64,000 nt of DNA from Longimicrobiales bacterium (GTDB lineage Bacteria; Gemmatimonadota; Gemmatimonadetes; Longimicrobiales; Gaopeijiaceae), in the NCBI GenBank assembly GCA_963422615.1, contig OY730414.1:2464302-2528301 (forward strand), given 5' to 3'. Position numbers and translations under genes: made by a program. Positions within the stretch are counted from its first letter, which is position 1; each line of letters begins with the position of its first letter. Under the pieces are notes generated by a model that saw nothing but the letters and a program-made list of their open reading frames with translations, was not told where the DNA came from and made no database searches. Below are positions 8,193-19,020 of this stretch, piece by piece.

Positions 8193-9458
8193 ATGAACAC
8201 GGAAACTGCGAAGACGATGCTTGCCAAGCCTAGAGTGGGCAAACCACGACGAGATCGGGCGCGGGGAGTAGACTCCGGGCCAAAGAAGATCGGCTTCGGT
8301 GCCGTCGTTGCCGTACTGGTCGCTTTCGGGGCCTGCGAACCCGAGTCTCTTCGACTTGGGCCCAGAGAAATCCTTCACCCCAACGCCGAGAACGCACCGC
8401 CACGCGACGCTTCCATCGTCTCCGGGGATTCGTTGCCCAAGGGCCTTTCGCCCGCCGCGCTTCTGGCGTGGACAGAGGCCCGCCGCGCTATTGTCGGCGC
8501 AAGAACGGTGCTTCGGATCGGAAGCAAGAATCAGGAAGGCCCCGATATGTTCGGCGGCCTCACCGATGCCAAGATCGACATCCATGGGAACGTCTTCGTG
8601 TTTGACTACATTGCCCAGGAGGTGCGCGTTTTCGACTCCGGTGGCCGCCACCTGGGCGGATTTGGCGGCCGCGGCCATGGCCCCATGGAACTGATGGGGA
8701 GCTCTCGCATCGAAGTACTGGACGACGGCCGCATCGCCGTGCCCATCGCTTCCAAGCGGCTGAAGGTCTTTGTTCCCGACGGCCAGGGATGGAAACTCGC
8801 CGAAACCATCAACCTGGCGGTTGAGGCACTGGACGTATGCGCCACGAACCACAATCAGCTGTATTATACCGGGGCCGCCGACCAGAACGACCGCAACTGG
8901 GCAGTGCATCGAATCTCGCTGTCGAACCGGAGCAAGGCCAGCTTTGGAGCCGGGTACCAGCACAACCAGTGGATTGTTCGGTGGAGAATGTCGGAAGGGT
9001 TCGTGGGCTGTCCAAGTGGAAACGACCCGGACCCGGTCATATACGGCTATCAGGTCCTCCCGATCATCCGGGCGCACGCCCTTGACGGCTCCGTCATCTG
9101 GACCGCCAAGGTAACCGACCATATTCCCATGCGGGTCATCGAAACAGAAAAACCAAACGGTGGAAGCAAAGTAACCCGCAAAAGGCACATCCAGCACGAT
9201 CTTCTGACCTTTGTCCAGGCCCTACCATCCGGACACGTCTTTCTTCAGTACACCCGGTTCCTGCCGAAGAAGAAGGACGTCGTGCACCGGTCGTTCCTGT
9301 TGGACGCCGCAACCGGCATCGGCGCCTTTCTGGGGGATTCCCTACCCGCGATCACGATGATTCAACCGGAAGGTTACGTCGCCGTTTTCCACGAGCCGTA
9401 CCCCCGCCTGGAAGTCCGCAAGACCGCCCAGCCCGCTTTGCGGGGAGGATCGCCATGA
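8193..9458 (+). CDS. 6-bladed beta-propeller (NHL/TolB-like) lipoprotein
   Basis: Lipobox FGAC; RIGSKNQEGPDMFG, VFVFDYIAQEVRVFDSGG, FGGRGHGPMEL (GxGPGE-like motif). Start 8193 or 8217. Confidence 0.8.
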   Translation: MNTETAKTMLAKPRVGKPRRDRARGVDSGPKKIGFGAVVAVLVAFGACEPESLRLGPREILHPNAENAPPRDASIVSGDSLPKGLSPAALLAWTEARRAIVGARTVLRIGSKNQEGPDMFGGLTDAKIDIHGNVFVFDYIAQEVRVFDSGGRHLGGFGGRGHGPMELMGSSRIEVLDDGRIAVPIASKRLKVFVPDGQGWKLAETINLAVEALDVCATNHNQLYYTGAADQNDRNWAVHRISLSNRSKASFGAGYQHNQWIVRWRMSEGFVGCPSGNDPDPVIYGYQVLPIIRAHALDGSVIWTAKVTDHIPMRVIETEKPNGGSKVTRKRHIQHDLLTFVQALPSGHVFLQYTRFLPKKKDVVHRSFLLDAATGIGAFLGDSLPAITMIQPEGYVAVFHEPYPRLEVRKTAQPALRGGSP

Positions 9459-10144
9459 CCATGGAGCGGGAGCTGCGGGAACAGGAGGAAACCCTTGTCC
9501 GGAGCACGTCCAAGCCCAAGTCAAGGTGGGGGTCCGGTAAACGGTTCGTCACCATTCCCTTGATGATCGGGCTTGGGCTGGGGTTCGGCCTGAACGTCTT
9601 GGGCCTCATGCCGATCCCGGACGTCCAAGTGCGGTGGAGCGTTCCGGTAATCGAGGCGGGGCGCTATGTGCCGCAGGCGAGGCAGAGGCCGGGAGACGAG
9701 ATCGTTCTGGTATACATTGGCTCGTCAGGATGTACTTGGTCCAACGCACCCCAACTTCCCGGTCTTGTGCGGGGCCTCAAGCAGGATCTGCTGGATCGTG
9801 CCAGAACCGAAGGCCGGATATTCGCCGCTCTGGGAATCGCCCGGGACATCGTCGTTGCTGACGGAATCGCCCACCTGGAAGAGTTCGGACCGTTCGACGA
9901 GGTCATGGCAGGCCGGAGCTGGGCCAACACCGGGATTCAGAAGTACTTCTACGGCGATCTGCCCGGCGGGTTTGGAGCGACTCCTCAGATTATGGTCGTG
10001 TCGCGAACTTTGTTTTACGAGAACGGTCACATTTCAATCAAGAACGAACAGGTCCTGGCCCGGGCCGTCGGGCTCGCAGAAATCACCGAGTGGACGTCCA
10101 AAGGAGCGCCTCTCCAAGTAACCCCAACCTCCGGAATAAGGTAG
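9455..10144 (+). CDS. Membrane-anchored thioredoxin-like protein with CxxS
   Basis: One TM helix; IVLVYIGSSGCTWSN followed by a helix; ATPQIMVV (cis-Pro-like TP motif); ATG overlaps the upstream stop. Confidence 0.6.
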   Translation: MTMERELREQEETLVRSTSKPKSRWGSGKRFVTIPLMIGLGLGFGLNVLGLMPIPDVQVRWSVPVIEAGRYVPQARQRPGDEIVLVYIGSSGCTWSNAPQLPGLVRGLKQDLLDRARTEGRIFAALGIARDIVVADGIAHLEEFGPFDEVMAGRSWANTGIQKYFYGDLPGGFGATPQIMVVSRTLFYENGHISIKNEQVLARAVGLAEITEWTSKGAPLQVTPTSGIR

Positions 10145-10154
10145 GTCAAGAAGA

Positions 10155-10880
10155 ATGGAACACCGGAAAACAGACCCGAACCTTGCGATCACGGTTTCAG
10201 TCTTCGTCTCGTTCTTGACAACGGGCTTGGTTGCCGGAAGCCTGCTGGGGTGGTCCCTAGCGCCAAAAACTGCCGGAGCCAGATTTGCTTCCGGTGCGTG
10301 CGAAAACGACCGGTGCAACGACACTTTCTGCGTGAACGCAGGAGATTCGGAGACCAGCTGCAGAGCAACCGCTCCGGGCAAGTGCATCACGCTGCCTTGC
10401 GGAGAGGCCGGAAGCATCCCGGTTCTTGTGACGTTCCCCACACCCGAAAGCCGCGATCAGTTGGTCGGCCTGGGCCGACCGGCAATGCACGCATTGCTGG
10501 ACCGGGTGGAGTCGGCGGATCGCTACAGCAAACGGCAGTTGGCCCTGGAGGCCCTGGTGAGAATGGTTGAGCAATGGGACGAACCCGAATCGCGGATCGT
10601 GCTGGAAGACGCCGAGCGCGCTCGACTCCGAGCGGCAACGTTGCTGTATCTTGATGGTCCCCCGCCCGAACACCTTGAACCGGAGGAGCACACCTTCGTC
10701 ATGTTGAAGGCCATCGACCTCGCCCTGGAGCTCGGTGATGCCGGTCTGCGAGAAACGGTTCGCGCGTTTGCGTCGGGCCCGGACGAAGTACGCCGAAGGG
10801 TCGGGGGGGACGCGGAGTATCCATATCGTCTCGTCGTGCAACACGCACGGGCCCGGCTCAAGGCAACGGAGCAGCCCTGA
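10155..10880 (+). CDS. Exported protein with a six-Cys mini-domain followed by a helical domain
   Basis: Hydrophobic leader with AGA site, then C-x4-C-x4-C-x9-C-x7-C-x4-C (aa 49-82); the rest is Cys-free and Leu/Ala/Glu/Arg-rich. Confidence 0.7.
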   Translation: MEHRKTDPNLAITVSVFVSFLTTGLVAGSLLGWSLAPKTAGARFASGACENDRCNDTFCVNAGDSETSCRATAPGKCITLPCGEAGSIPVLVTFPTPESRDQLVGLGRPAMHALLDRVESADRYSKRQLALEALVRMVEQWDEPESRIVLEDAERARLRAATLLYLDGPPPEHLEPEEHTFVMLKAIDLALELGDAGLRETVRAFASGPDEVRRRVGGDAEYPYRLVVQHARARLKATEQP

Positions 10881-10906
10881 AGGACGGCAAAGGAAGCAAT
10901 CGCGGG

Positions 10907-11575
10907 GTGGCACGCCCGGCAGCCGTGTTCGCCGGGATCGCTCTATTTTTCCTTGGCGCTCGCGTGTTTGCTTGCGGGTCCTTTGTGGTCGTGTCGGGAT
11001 CAATGGAGAGTACGCTGCTCCCGGGCGATGTGGTATTGGCCGATCGAGCCGCAGTCGGTGCCCGGGTGCCTGGAACGAAACTTCGACTCCCCGGCTATTC
11101 CAACCCCCGAAGGGGGGAAGTCTGGGTGTTCCGGCCACCGGGAAACGTCGGCATTAGCGTCACGAAGCGCATCGTTGGCGTTCCCGGCGATGTCCTCGTC
11201 ATGCGGGACGGCGGGCTTTGGGTCAACGGGGTAGAGCGCGACGAACCCTATGTCAACGCTCGGCGGGGCATGGACGAGCGGAGCGACGACTTCCGGTGGC
11301 AGACTGCCTACTTGGCGCCGGAAATCGAACCGGAGACATACGATCCCAGCCGACACAACTGGGGGCCGCTCGAGGTACCGGGTGGTTTCTACTTCGTGCT
11401 GGGCGACAACCGGGACCAAAGTCGCGATTCGCGCTACTGGGGACTGGTGGACGAGAAGCGCCTGGAGGGGCGAGTGGCCTTCATCTACTTTTCCTTCGAT
11501 GCTCGGGCGAGGGCGGAACCGTTCCCCGTCTTGCGCCGCATTCGCTGGCACAGAACCGGAAGGAAGGTGCGCTGA
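10907..11575 (+). CDS. lepB: Signal peptidase I (S26)
   Basis: SGSMESTLLPGD (catalytic Ser), KRIVGVPGD (catalytic Lys), YFVLGDNRDQSRDSRYWG. Confidence 0.93.
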   Translation: MARPAAVFAGIALFFLGARVFACGSFVVVSGSMESTLLPGDVVLADRAAVGARVPGTKLRLPGYSNPRRGEVWVFRPPGNVGISVTKRIVGVPGDVLVMRDGGLWVNGVERDEPYVNARRGMDERSDDFRWQTAYLAPEIEPETYDPSRHNWGPLEVPGGFYFVLGDNRDQSRDSRYWGLVDEKRLEGRVAFIYFSFDARARAEPFPVLRRIRWHRTGRKVR

Positions 11576-11759
11576 CGGTGCTGGCTCGTCTGGCCCCGAG
11601 CAGGCCGAAGGCTAGCCGCGCCGGTAGAACCTCTTGGGTTTTCGCCGTCGGGCTGGCCCCTCTACTGGCCCGCTTCGGCCCCCGGCCGTATTCTACCGGA
11701 TGGAACTCCGGCGGGGCCGTCCCGGGAGTCGAACACCGAGCAGGAGAAAAGCGATCGTG

Positions 11760-13892
11760 ATGTCCAGTGGCCTAAATTGCCGTCGTTCGAATCGAAAGGC
11801 TGTTTCGGCTGCCTTCCAGGCGGCCGGGGCCGTGCGATACAGGATGCGTCGTGCGGGTCTGCCTCGTCCGGGCCGGAACCTATGGCGGCGGGTTCCGTTC
11901 GCATTTTCGTTGGCCGGAGACTACCGGTCCCTTCCCGGCGGGCCCCTCCGTTTCCAGATCGGTTCCCTCCTCGCGGTTTCCCTTTTCGCCTTGGCCGCTG
12001 GTCCTCTGGTCGCCCAGGAAGGAGAATGGCGCTATTGGGGGAGCGACGCCGGGAGCACCCGCTATTCGGCCCTCGATCAGATCAACGCCTCCAACTTCGG
12101 TGAACTTGAAGTTGCATGGATTTGGCGGGGCGACAATTTCGGCCCCGAAGCCGACCCCCTTCTCCGGGCAACGCCCATCTACGTGGACGGCACGCTTTAC
12201 TCGGTGGCCGGGTCCCGCAGAACCGCCGTGGCCATCGAACCCGCCACCGGAGAGACCCTCTGGACATACCGGGAGCCCCCGACAAAGCGCTGGGAAGACT
12301 CCATGCGGAAGAACTATGGCAAGGGTGTCGCCTACGGAGAGGCGGACGGGCGGGGCTTCATCTATTTGGTCACTCCTGCGTTCTTTCTCCACGCCCTGGA
12401 CCCCCAGACCGGTCACCCCGTCCCGTCCTTCGGCGACCGGGGAACCGTTGACATGTTGGCGGACTTGGGTCCCTGGAAGCACGACCGGGAGGACGGCCTC
12501 CCCCCCGAGGTCGGCTACATCACGAACTCGTCCCCTCCCATCGTGGTCAACGGCGTGGTGGTGGTGGGAAACTCCCACGAACAGGGGTACTACCAGACGA
12601 GGCGCGAGAATGTGCCGGGGAACATCCTCGCCTACGACGCCCGGACCGGAGCCCACCGCTGGACCTTCAACGTGATCCCCCAGGAAGGCGAGTTCGGTAA
12701 CGAGACCTGGGAGAACGACGCCTGGTCGTGGACGGGCAACGTTTCTGCGTGGGCCCCCCTGTCCGCCGACCCGGCGCTGGGCTTGGTCTACGTCGTGACC
12801 GACCCGCCCACCATAGACTACTATGGGGGCTTTCATCCGGGCGACAATCTCTTCGCCACGAGCATCCTCGCCATAGACGTGGAGACCGGCGAACGCAGGT
12901 GGCATTTTCAAACCGTCCACCACGACGTTTGGAACTACGACAATCCGACGGCCCCGAACCTGGTGGACATTACCGTGGATGGGCGGGAGATCCCGGCCCT
13001 GGTGCAGACCACGAAGCAGGGGTGGGCCTATGTCCTCAACCGGGAAACGGGAGAGCCCGTGTGGCCCATTGAAGAGCGGCCCGTTCCTCGGTCCGACGTA
13101 CCCGGCGAAAAGCTGTCGCCGACTCAGCCCTTTGTGACTCGCCCCGCGCCTTACGAAATGCAGGGAATCACGGAAGACGATCTGATCGACTTCACTCCCC
13201 AGCTGCGAGCGATGGCGCTGGACATCGTAAAGGACTTCCGCATGGGCCCCCTCTTCAATCCCCCCTCCCGGGAGAACGGACCCGACGGAACCCAGGCGGC
13301 CATTCACTGCCCAGGGGCCAACGGAGGCGCGAACATTCCTGGAGGCGCGGTCGTGGACCCGGAAACGGCCATCCTGTATGTCGCTTCGACCCGGGGCTGC
13401 AGCGCCCCCAGACTGGTCCCCGGCGTGGATGTGGACCCGGATTCCAATGTGGACTGGGTCTCTGTCGGGCCTGGCGGCGTACGCGGTCCCCAAGGACTGC
13501 CCCTCTTCAAGCCCCCTTACGGCAGCATCACGGCCATCGACCTGAACACCGGCGACCACCTCTGGCAGATTCCCAATGGCTCGACGCCCGAATCGGTCAA
13601 GAATCACCCCCTCCTGGAAGGCCTGGACGTCGGCAACACCGGCGCCCGGTCCCATGCGACGAAGCTGGTCACCCGGACCCTACTCATGTACGGGGAGGGC
13701 CGGGGCGCTGCGCCGGTTTTCCGCGCGGTGGACAAGGTCACCGGCAAGGAACTGGGGGCCGTGGAACTCCCTGGTTCCACCCTGACCGTGCCCATGACCT
13801 ACATGCACGAAGGCGTTCAGTACATCGTGATGGCGGTGAGCGGGCAGGGAATGGCCGGCGCCCTGGTGGCCCTGCGACTCCCGGAAGAATAA
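11760..13892 (+). CDS. PQQ-dependent dehydrogenase family protein (glucose/quinate DH-like, exported)
   Basis: RYSALDQINASN, ATPIYVDG, WHFQTVHHDVWNYD, KPPYGSITAIDLNTG; signal ending LVA-QE; start uncertain. Confidence 0.88.
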   Translation: MSSGLNCRRSNRKAVSAAFQAAGAVRYRMRRAGLPRPGRNLWRRVPFAFSLAGDYRSLPGGPLRFQIGSLLAVSLFALAAGPLVAQEGEWRYWGSDAGSTRYSALDQINASNFGELEVAWIWRGDNFGPEADPLLRATPIYVDGTLYSVAGSRRTAVAIEPATGETLWTYREPPTKRWEDSMRKNYGKGVAYGEADGRGFIYLVTPAFFLHALDPQTGHPVPSFGDRGTVDMLADLGPWKHDREDGLPPEVGYITNSSPPIVVNGVVVVGNSHEQGYYQTRRENVPGNILAYDARTGAHRWTFNVIPQEGEFGNETWENDAWSWTGNVSAWAPLSADPALGLVYVVTDPPTIDYYGGFHPGDNLFATSILAIDVETGERRWHFQTVHHDVWNYDNPTAPNLVDITVDGREIPALVQTTKQGWAYVLNRETGEPVWPIEERPVPRSDVPGEKLSPTQPFVTRPAPYEMQGITEDDLIDFTPQLRAMALDIVKDFRMGPLFNPPSRENGPDGTQAAIHCPGANGGANIPGGAVVDPETAILYVASTRGCSAPRLVPGVDVDPDSNVDWVSVGPGGVRGPQGLPLFKPPYGSITAIDLNTGDHLWQIPNGSTPESVKNHPLLEGLDVGNTGARSHATKLVTRTLLMYGEGRGAAPVFRAVDKVTGKELGAVELPGSTLTVPMTYMHEGVQYIVMAVSGQGMAGALVALRLPEE

Positions 13893-13924
13893 TGGTTCAA
13901 GCTCTTGACTGGAGGAGGACATCC

Positions 13925-14974
13925 ATGGGAAAGACCGCTCTCTTGGGCGCTGCCGCTGCGGCCCTTCTGATTCCCGGGCCGACTGCAGCCCAGGGGCCCC
14001 TTGATGACCCGGAAATCGTCGAATTCGACGTGCCATGGGAAGGCGCGCGTCCCCGGGACCCGGCCGTCGCACCGGACGGCAAGATCTGGTTCTGCGGCCA
14101 GGGTTCGGAGCCCTACATCGGCGTGCTCGACCCGGTGACGGGCGACTTCAGGCGTTATGAGACGAACGGCTCGTCTCCGCACAACCTCATCATAGATCCC
14201 GAAGGGATGGTCTGGTATGCGGGCAACGCCGGTGAGAACAACCGCCACATCGGGAAACTGAACCCGGTGACGGGTGAGATAGAGAAATTCATGATGCCGG
14301 ACGAGCGGGCGAGAGACCCCCACACGCTCATCTGGGATTCGCAGGGCGACATCTGGTTCACCGTCCAGGGCGGTAACTTCGTCGGCAAACTCTTTACGAA
14401 AACCGGAGAAGTGCGCCTCGTGGAGTCCGTGAAGGGCCGCGCAGGCCGACGAGGAAACTCCAGCCGTCCGTACGGCATCGTCGTCGACTCGAACGACCGT
14501 CCGTGGATCGCCCTCTTCAATACCAATCATATCGGCACGGTCGATCCCGAAACCTTCGAATTGGAGTCCTTCGAACTGCCGGAGAATGCCCTGCCCCGTC
14601 GTATCGCGATCACCTCCGACGACATTCTCTGGTACGGCGACTGGACCCGCGGAACCCTGGGACGCCTCGACCCCACCACCGGTGACGTTACAGAATATTT
14701 CCTGCCCGCCGGAGAAGGCTCCCGCCCGTACGGCATGCTCGCGGACGACTCCGACCGGCTCTGGGTATTCGAGACCGGTCCCAGGCCGAACAACCTCGTG
14801 GGCTTCGATCCCATGACCGAGCGAATCTTCAGCCAGACAACGCCCGAGTCCGGCGGCGGCACGGTTCGCCACATGTACTTCGACGCCCAAAACAACGAGG
14901 TATGGTTCGGCGCCGATACCGGAACCGTCGGGGTCATCCGCCTTCCGCCCCGGAGACCCAAAATTTCCGACTGA
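13925..14974 (+). CDS. Secreted Vgb (virginiamycin B lyase)-like beta-propeller
   Basis: Repeated blades (PRDPAVAPDGKIWF, PHNLIIDPEGMVWY, PYGIVVDSNDRPW); signal peptide; GGAGGAGG SD. Confidence 0.8.
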   Translation: MGKTALLGAAAAALLIPGPTAAQGPLDDPEIVEFDVPWEGARPRDPAVAPDGKIWFCGQGSEPYIGVLDPVTGDFRRYETNGSSPHNLIIDPEGMVWYAGNAGENNRHIGKLNPVTGEIEKFMMPDERARDPHTLIWDSQGDIWFTVQGGNFVGKLFTKTGEVRLVESVKGRAGRRGNSSRPYGIVVDSNDRPWIALFNTNHIGTVDPETFELESFELPENALPRRIAITSDDILWYGDWTRGTLGRLDPTTGDVTEYFLPAGEGSRPYGMLADDSDRLWVFETGPRPNNLVGFDPMTERIFSQTTPESGGGTVRHMYFDAQNNEVWFGADTGTVGVIRLPPRRPKISD

Positions 14975-15678
14975 TGCGGGATGCCCTGTTGCGGCTGACC
15001 GGGGTCCTCGCTGTGGCGGGGGCGGTGGTGGCCGCTTCCGGCTCTCGGTCGGGAGGCCTTCACCCGGCCAACCCGGAGGCACCGCCGGCCGGTCGCACGG
15101 GCGGCTTCGGGGAGCCGACGTGCACCGAGTGCCACATCGGTAACGACGTCAATGCCTTCGGAGGCAGGGTTCGAATCGAAGGCGTCGGCGACAGGTACGC
15201 CCCGGGAGAATCGCATGTATTGACGGTGGTCATGGACGCCGACGAGACGGTTCTTGCAGGTTTCCAGCTCTCGGCCCGCTTCCAATCCGGCGAGGAGGTC
15301 GGCCAGCCTGCGGGCACCTTGAGGTCCGTGGACGACCGCACGGGGGTCATTCGCAGCGAGACCGGCCAACCGTACGCCCAGCACACGCCAGCAGGGACAG
15401 CTGTCGCCACCTCATACGGGTCTTCGTGGACCGTCGAATGGACTGCGCCTGCGGCGGAGAAGGTGGTCTTCCACGTCGTGGCGACCTCGGGCAATGGCGA
15501 CAACTCGCCGCTGGGTGACTTGGTCTTCGCCTCGTCCCGGCAAGCGCATCCGGAGGCGAACCATCATCCCACCCCCGAAAACCCGGTAGCCGCCTTCTCA
15601 CCACCTCGGAGACCCTTAGATTGGATACCCTCTCTCCTCCGGAAGGCCAACCTCAGACCAGCCCCCGATACCCGGTAG
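14974..15678 (+). CDS. Secreted Reeler-like (choice-of-anchor V-like) protein with CxxCH
   Basis: [50 protein letters not shown] coupling to the upstream gene. Confidence 0.7.
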   Translation: MRDALLRLTGVLAVAGAVVAASGSRSGGLHPANPEAPPAGRTGGFGEPTCTECHIGNDVNAFGGRVRIEGVGDRYAPGESHVLTVVMDADETVLAGFQLSARFQSGEEVGQPAGTLRSVDDRTGVIRSETGQPYAQHTPAGTAVATSYGSSWTVEWTAPAAEKVVFHVVATSGNGDNSPLGDLVFASSRQAHPEANHHPTPENPVAAFSPPRRPLDWIPSLLRKANLRPAPDTR

Positions 15679-15683
15679 CCGCC

Positions 15684-17162
<1,479 letters not shown>

Positions 17163-17379
17163 TCCGGACGTTGTAGCAAGGACGGGGCACCGGGTCCACG
17201 GGTCATTTCTCCCGGGCATCGCCAAAGCGAACACAGAAAAAGAGCGGTGTGGACACGCTTAAGGAGGAAGCCGGAGCGCTCCACACAGGGCACGGGGTGA
17301 CCCGAAAAACGTACCTTGGGCGCGGGCCCGGGCGGATTCGTGCGACCGCAACCCCGTCGCCGCAGTGTTAGCTTCCCTC

Positions 17380-17397
17380 TTGTGACCACGTTCACAA
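17380..17397. promoter_or_regulatory. Rex operator overlapping the rex start codon
   Basis: TTGTGACCACGTTCACAA, 13/14 match to TTGTGAA-N4-TTCACAA. Confidence 0.85.
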
Positions 17398-18023
17398 GAA
17401 TACCCGAAGGTACGGTTCGCCGCTTCTCCCTCTATCTTCGGTTTCTGGAGGAGTTCGGGCGTTCCGGGATCAATATGGCCGCCAGCACCGATGTGGCCGA
17501 GCGCAGCGGGACGACGGCGGCCCAGGTGCGCAAGGACCTCTCTCACCTGGGTTCCTTTGGAAAGAGGGGCCAGGGCTACTCCGTCGTCGAGCTGACCCGG
17601 GTCCTCCGGGGCGTACTGGGCCTTGATTCGGTTTGGCGAGTCGCCCTCTTGGGAGCCGGACGGATCGGCACGGCCCTATTCGAGTATGAGCCGTTCCGGA
17701 AGCGCGGCTTCAACATTTCCACGGTGATCGACAACGACCCCCGCAAGGTGGGCTCCCGCCTCGGGGATGTGACGATACGGAGCAGCCACGAGCTGGAGCA
17801 GGCCCTGGATGAGGACAGGATCGACCTGGTGATCCTGGCCGTTCCGGCGCCTGTGGCCCAGGAAACCGTGGACCGCGTAGTCGCCGCCGGAATCAAGGCA
17901 ATCCTCAACTATGCGCCGACCCAACTCCGAGTGCCCGAAGACGTAAGCGTGAGAAGCGTGAGCATGCTGCTGGAGCTGGAGGGACTTTCCCACGCCCTTG
18001 TCACCCGGGAGCGGAAGCCATGA
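17382..18023 (+). CDS. rex: Redox-sensing transcriptional repressor Rex
   Basis: RIPEGTVRRFSLYLR, QVRKDLSHLGSFGKRGQGY, GAGRIG, ILNYAP. Confidence 0.96.
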   Translation: MTTFTRIPEGTVRRFSLYLRFLEEFGRSGINMAASTDVAERSGTTAAQVRKDLSHLGSFGKRGQGYSVVELTRVLRGVLGLDSVWRVALLGAGRIGTALFEYEPFRKRGFNISTVIDNDPRKVGSRLGDVTIRSSHELEQALDEDRIDLVILAVPAPVAQETVDRVVAAGIKAILNYAPTQLRVPEDVSVRSVSMLLELEGLSHALVTRERKP

Positions 18024-18051
18024 AGAAGCGTTCCGGCCGGACAGAGCCACC

Positions 18052-18894
18052 GTGACCGACGCGCGTCCTTCCCTCCTGCGACGGGCTTGGGCCACCTTGG
18101 AGCAAGGTCCGCTTCACACGAATGAGCTGGCCAAGCGGGTGATGGGACTTGACGGCCACCCCGGCGCGGCAGCCGCCGCTGTCTTCGCGCTCTTGGGCAA
18201 CGACAACCGCTTCCACGCCGACGGTGAAGGCGTGTGGCGCATTCGGGCCCAACGAGGCCCCCAGCCCGGTCCGGCCCTCTCCGCCCTATCCTACGCCGTG
18301 ACCGACGTGGAAACCACCGGAGGCCCGTATGAACGGGGCCACAGGATTACCGAAATCGCCATCGTGGAAGTCCGGGACGGGGCGGTCGCCGACGCGTTCG
18401 AAACCCTGGTGAACCCAGGGCGCCGGATCCCCGAGAACACCACTCGCCTGACCGGCATTACCAACAGCATGGTGGCCCGGGCCCCCGCATTCGACGAGAT
18501 CGCCGAACAGGTGTTCCAGCATATCGCCGGCCGGGTCTTCGTCGCTCACAACGCCCGCTTCGACTGGGGGTGGGTACGGGCCCAGCTGGCCGACGCCCTG
18601 GGCGATGTTCCCCGGGTGGAGCGCTTGTGCACGGTTCAGCTGGCTCGGCGCCTCCTGCCCGGATTGAAGCGGCGCAACCTGGACGCCCTCTCGGACTTCT
18701 TCCGTATTCCGATTCACCATCGGCACCGGGCCTACGGCGATGCCCTGGCGACGGCCCGGATCTTCCTTCGGATGCTGGATCGTGCCGGAGGCGTGGGGAT
18801 CGGAGACCTTCACGCGCTGCAGAAGTTTCGTCCCTCCCGACGGAATCGGTACCAACGGGAGCTCTTTGACCCGAGCCATTTGGGCAGGCCCTAG
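18052..18894 (+). CDS. DEDDh 3'-5' exonuclease (DnaQ/epsilon-like) with extra N-terminal domain
   Basis: DVETTG, VAHNARFD, HRAYGDA. Confidence 0.9.
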   Translation: MTDARPSLLRRAWATLEQGPLHTNELAKRVMGLDGHPGAAAAAVFALLGNDNRFHADGEGVWRIRAQRGPQPGPALSALSYAVTDVETTGGPYERGHRITEIAIVEVRDGAVADAFETLVNPGRRIPENTTRLTGITNSMVARAPAFDEIAEQVFQHIAGRVFVAHNARFDWGWVRAQLADALGDVPRVERLCTVQLARRLLPGLKRRNLDALSDFFRIPIHHRHRAYGDALATARIFLRMLDRAGGVGIGDLHALQKFRPSRRNRYQRELFDPSHLGRP

Positions 18895-19020
18895 GGGGCC
18901 TCCGGCTTCGTCCCCGCTCCAGCTCCACCGTGGAAAAACCGCGAGGCTCCCGCTGACGACGTTCTCCTCTTCTTGGACATCGCCTCTTCCCAGGAAAGCG
19001 AGAGGCGAGAATGAGGTCCG

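Noticed and set aside
11701..11740. GTTCGACTCCC on the minus strand as a tRNA 3' remnant or att site
   Set aside because: The T-stem pairs poorly, and there is no acceptor stem, second copy or integrase.
13925..14974. Streptogramin resistance gene
   Set aside because: Fold-level resemblance only; it is exported and I could not identify the Vgb catalytic motif.
15540..15683. SAH riboswitch before ahcY
   Set aside because: The conserved GAGGAGCG and pseudoknot partner elements were not seen.
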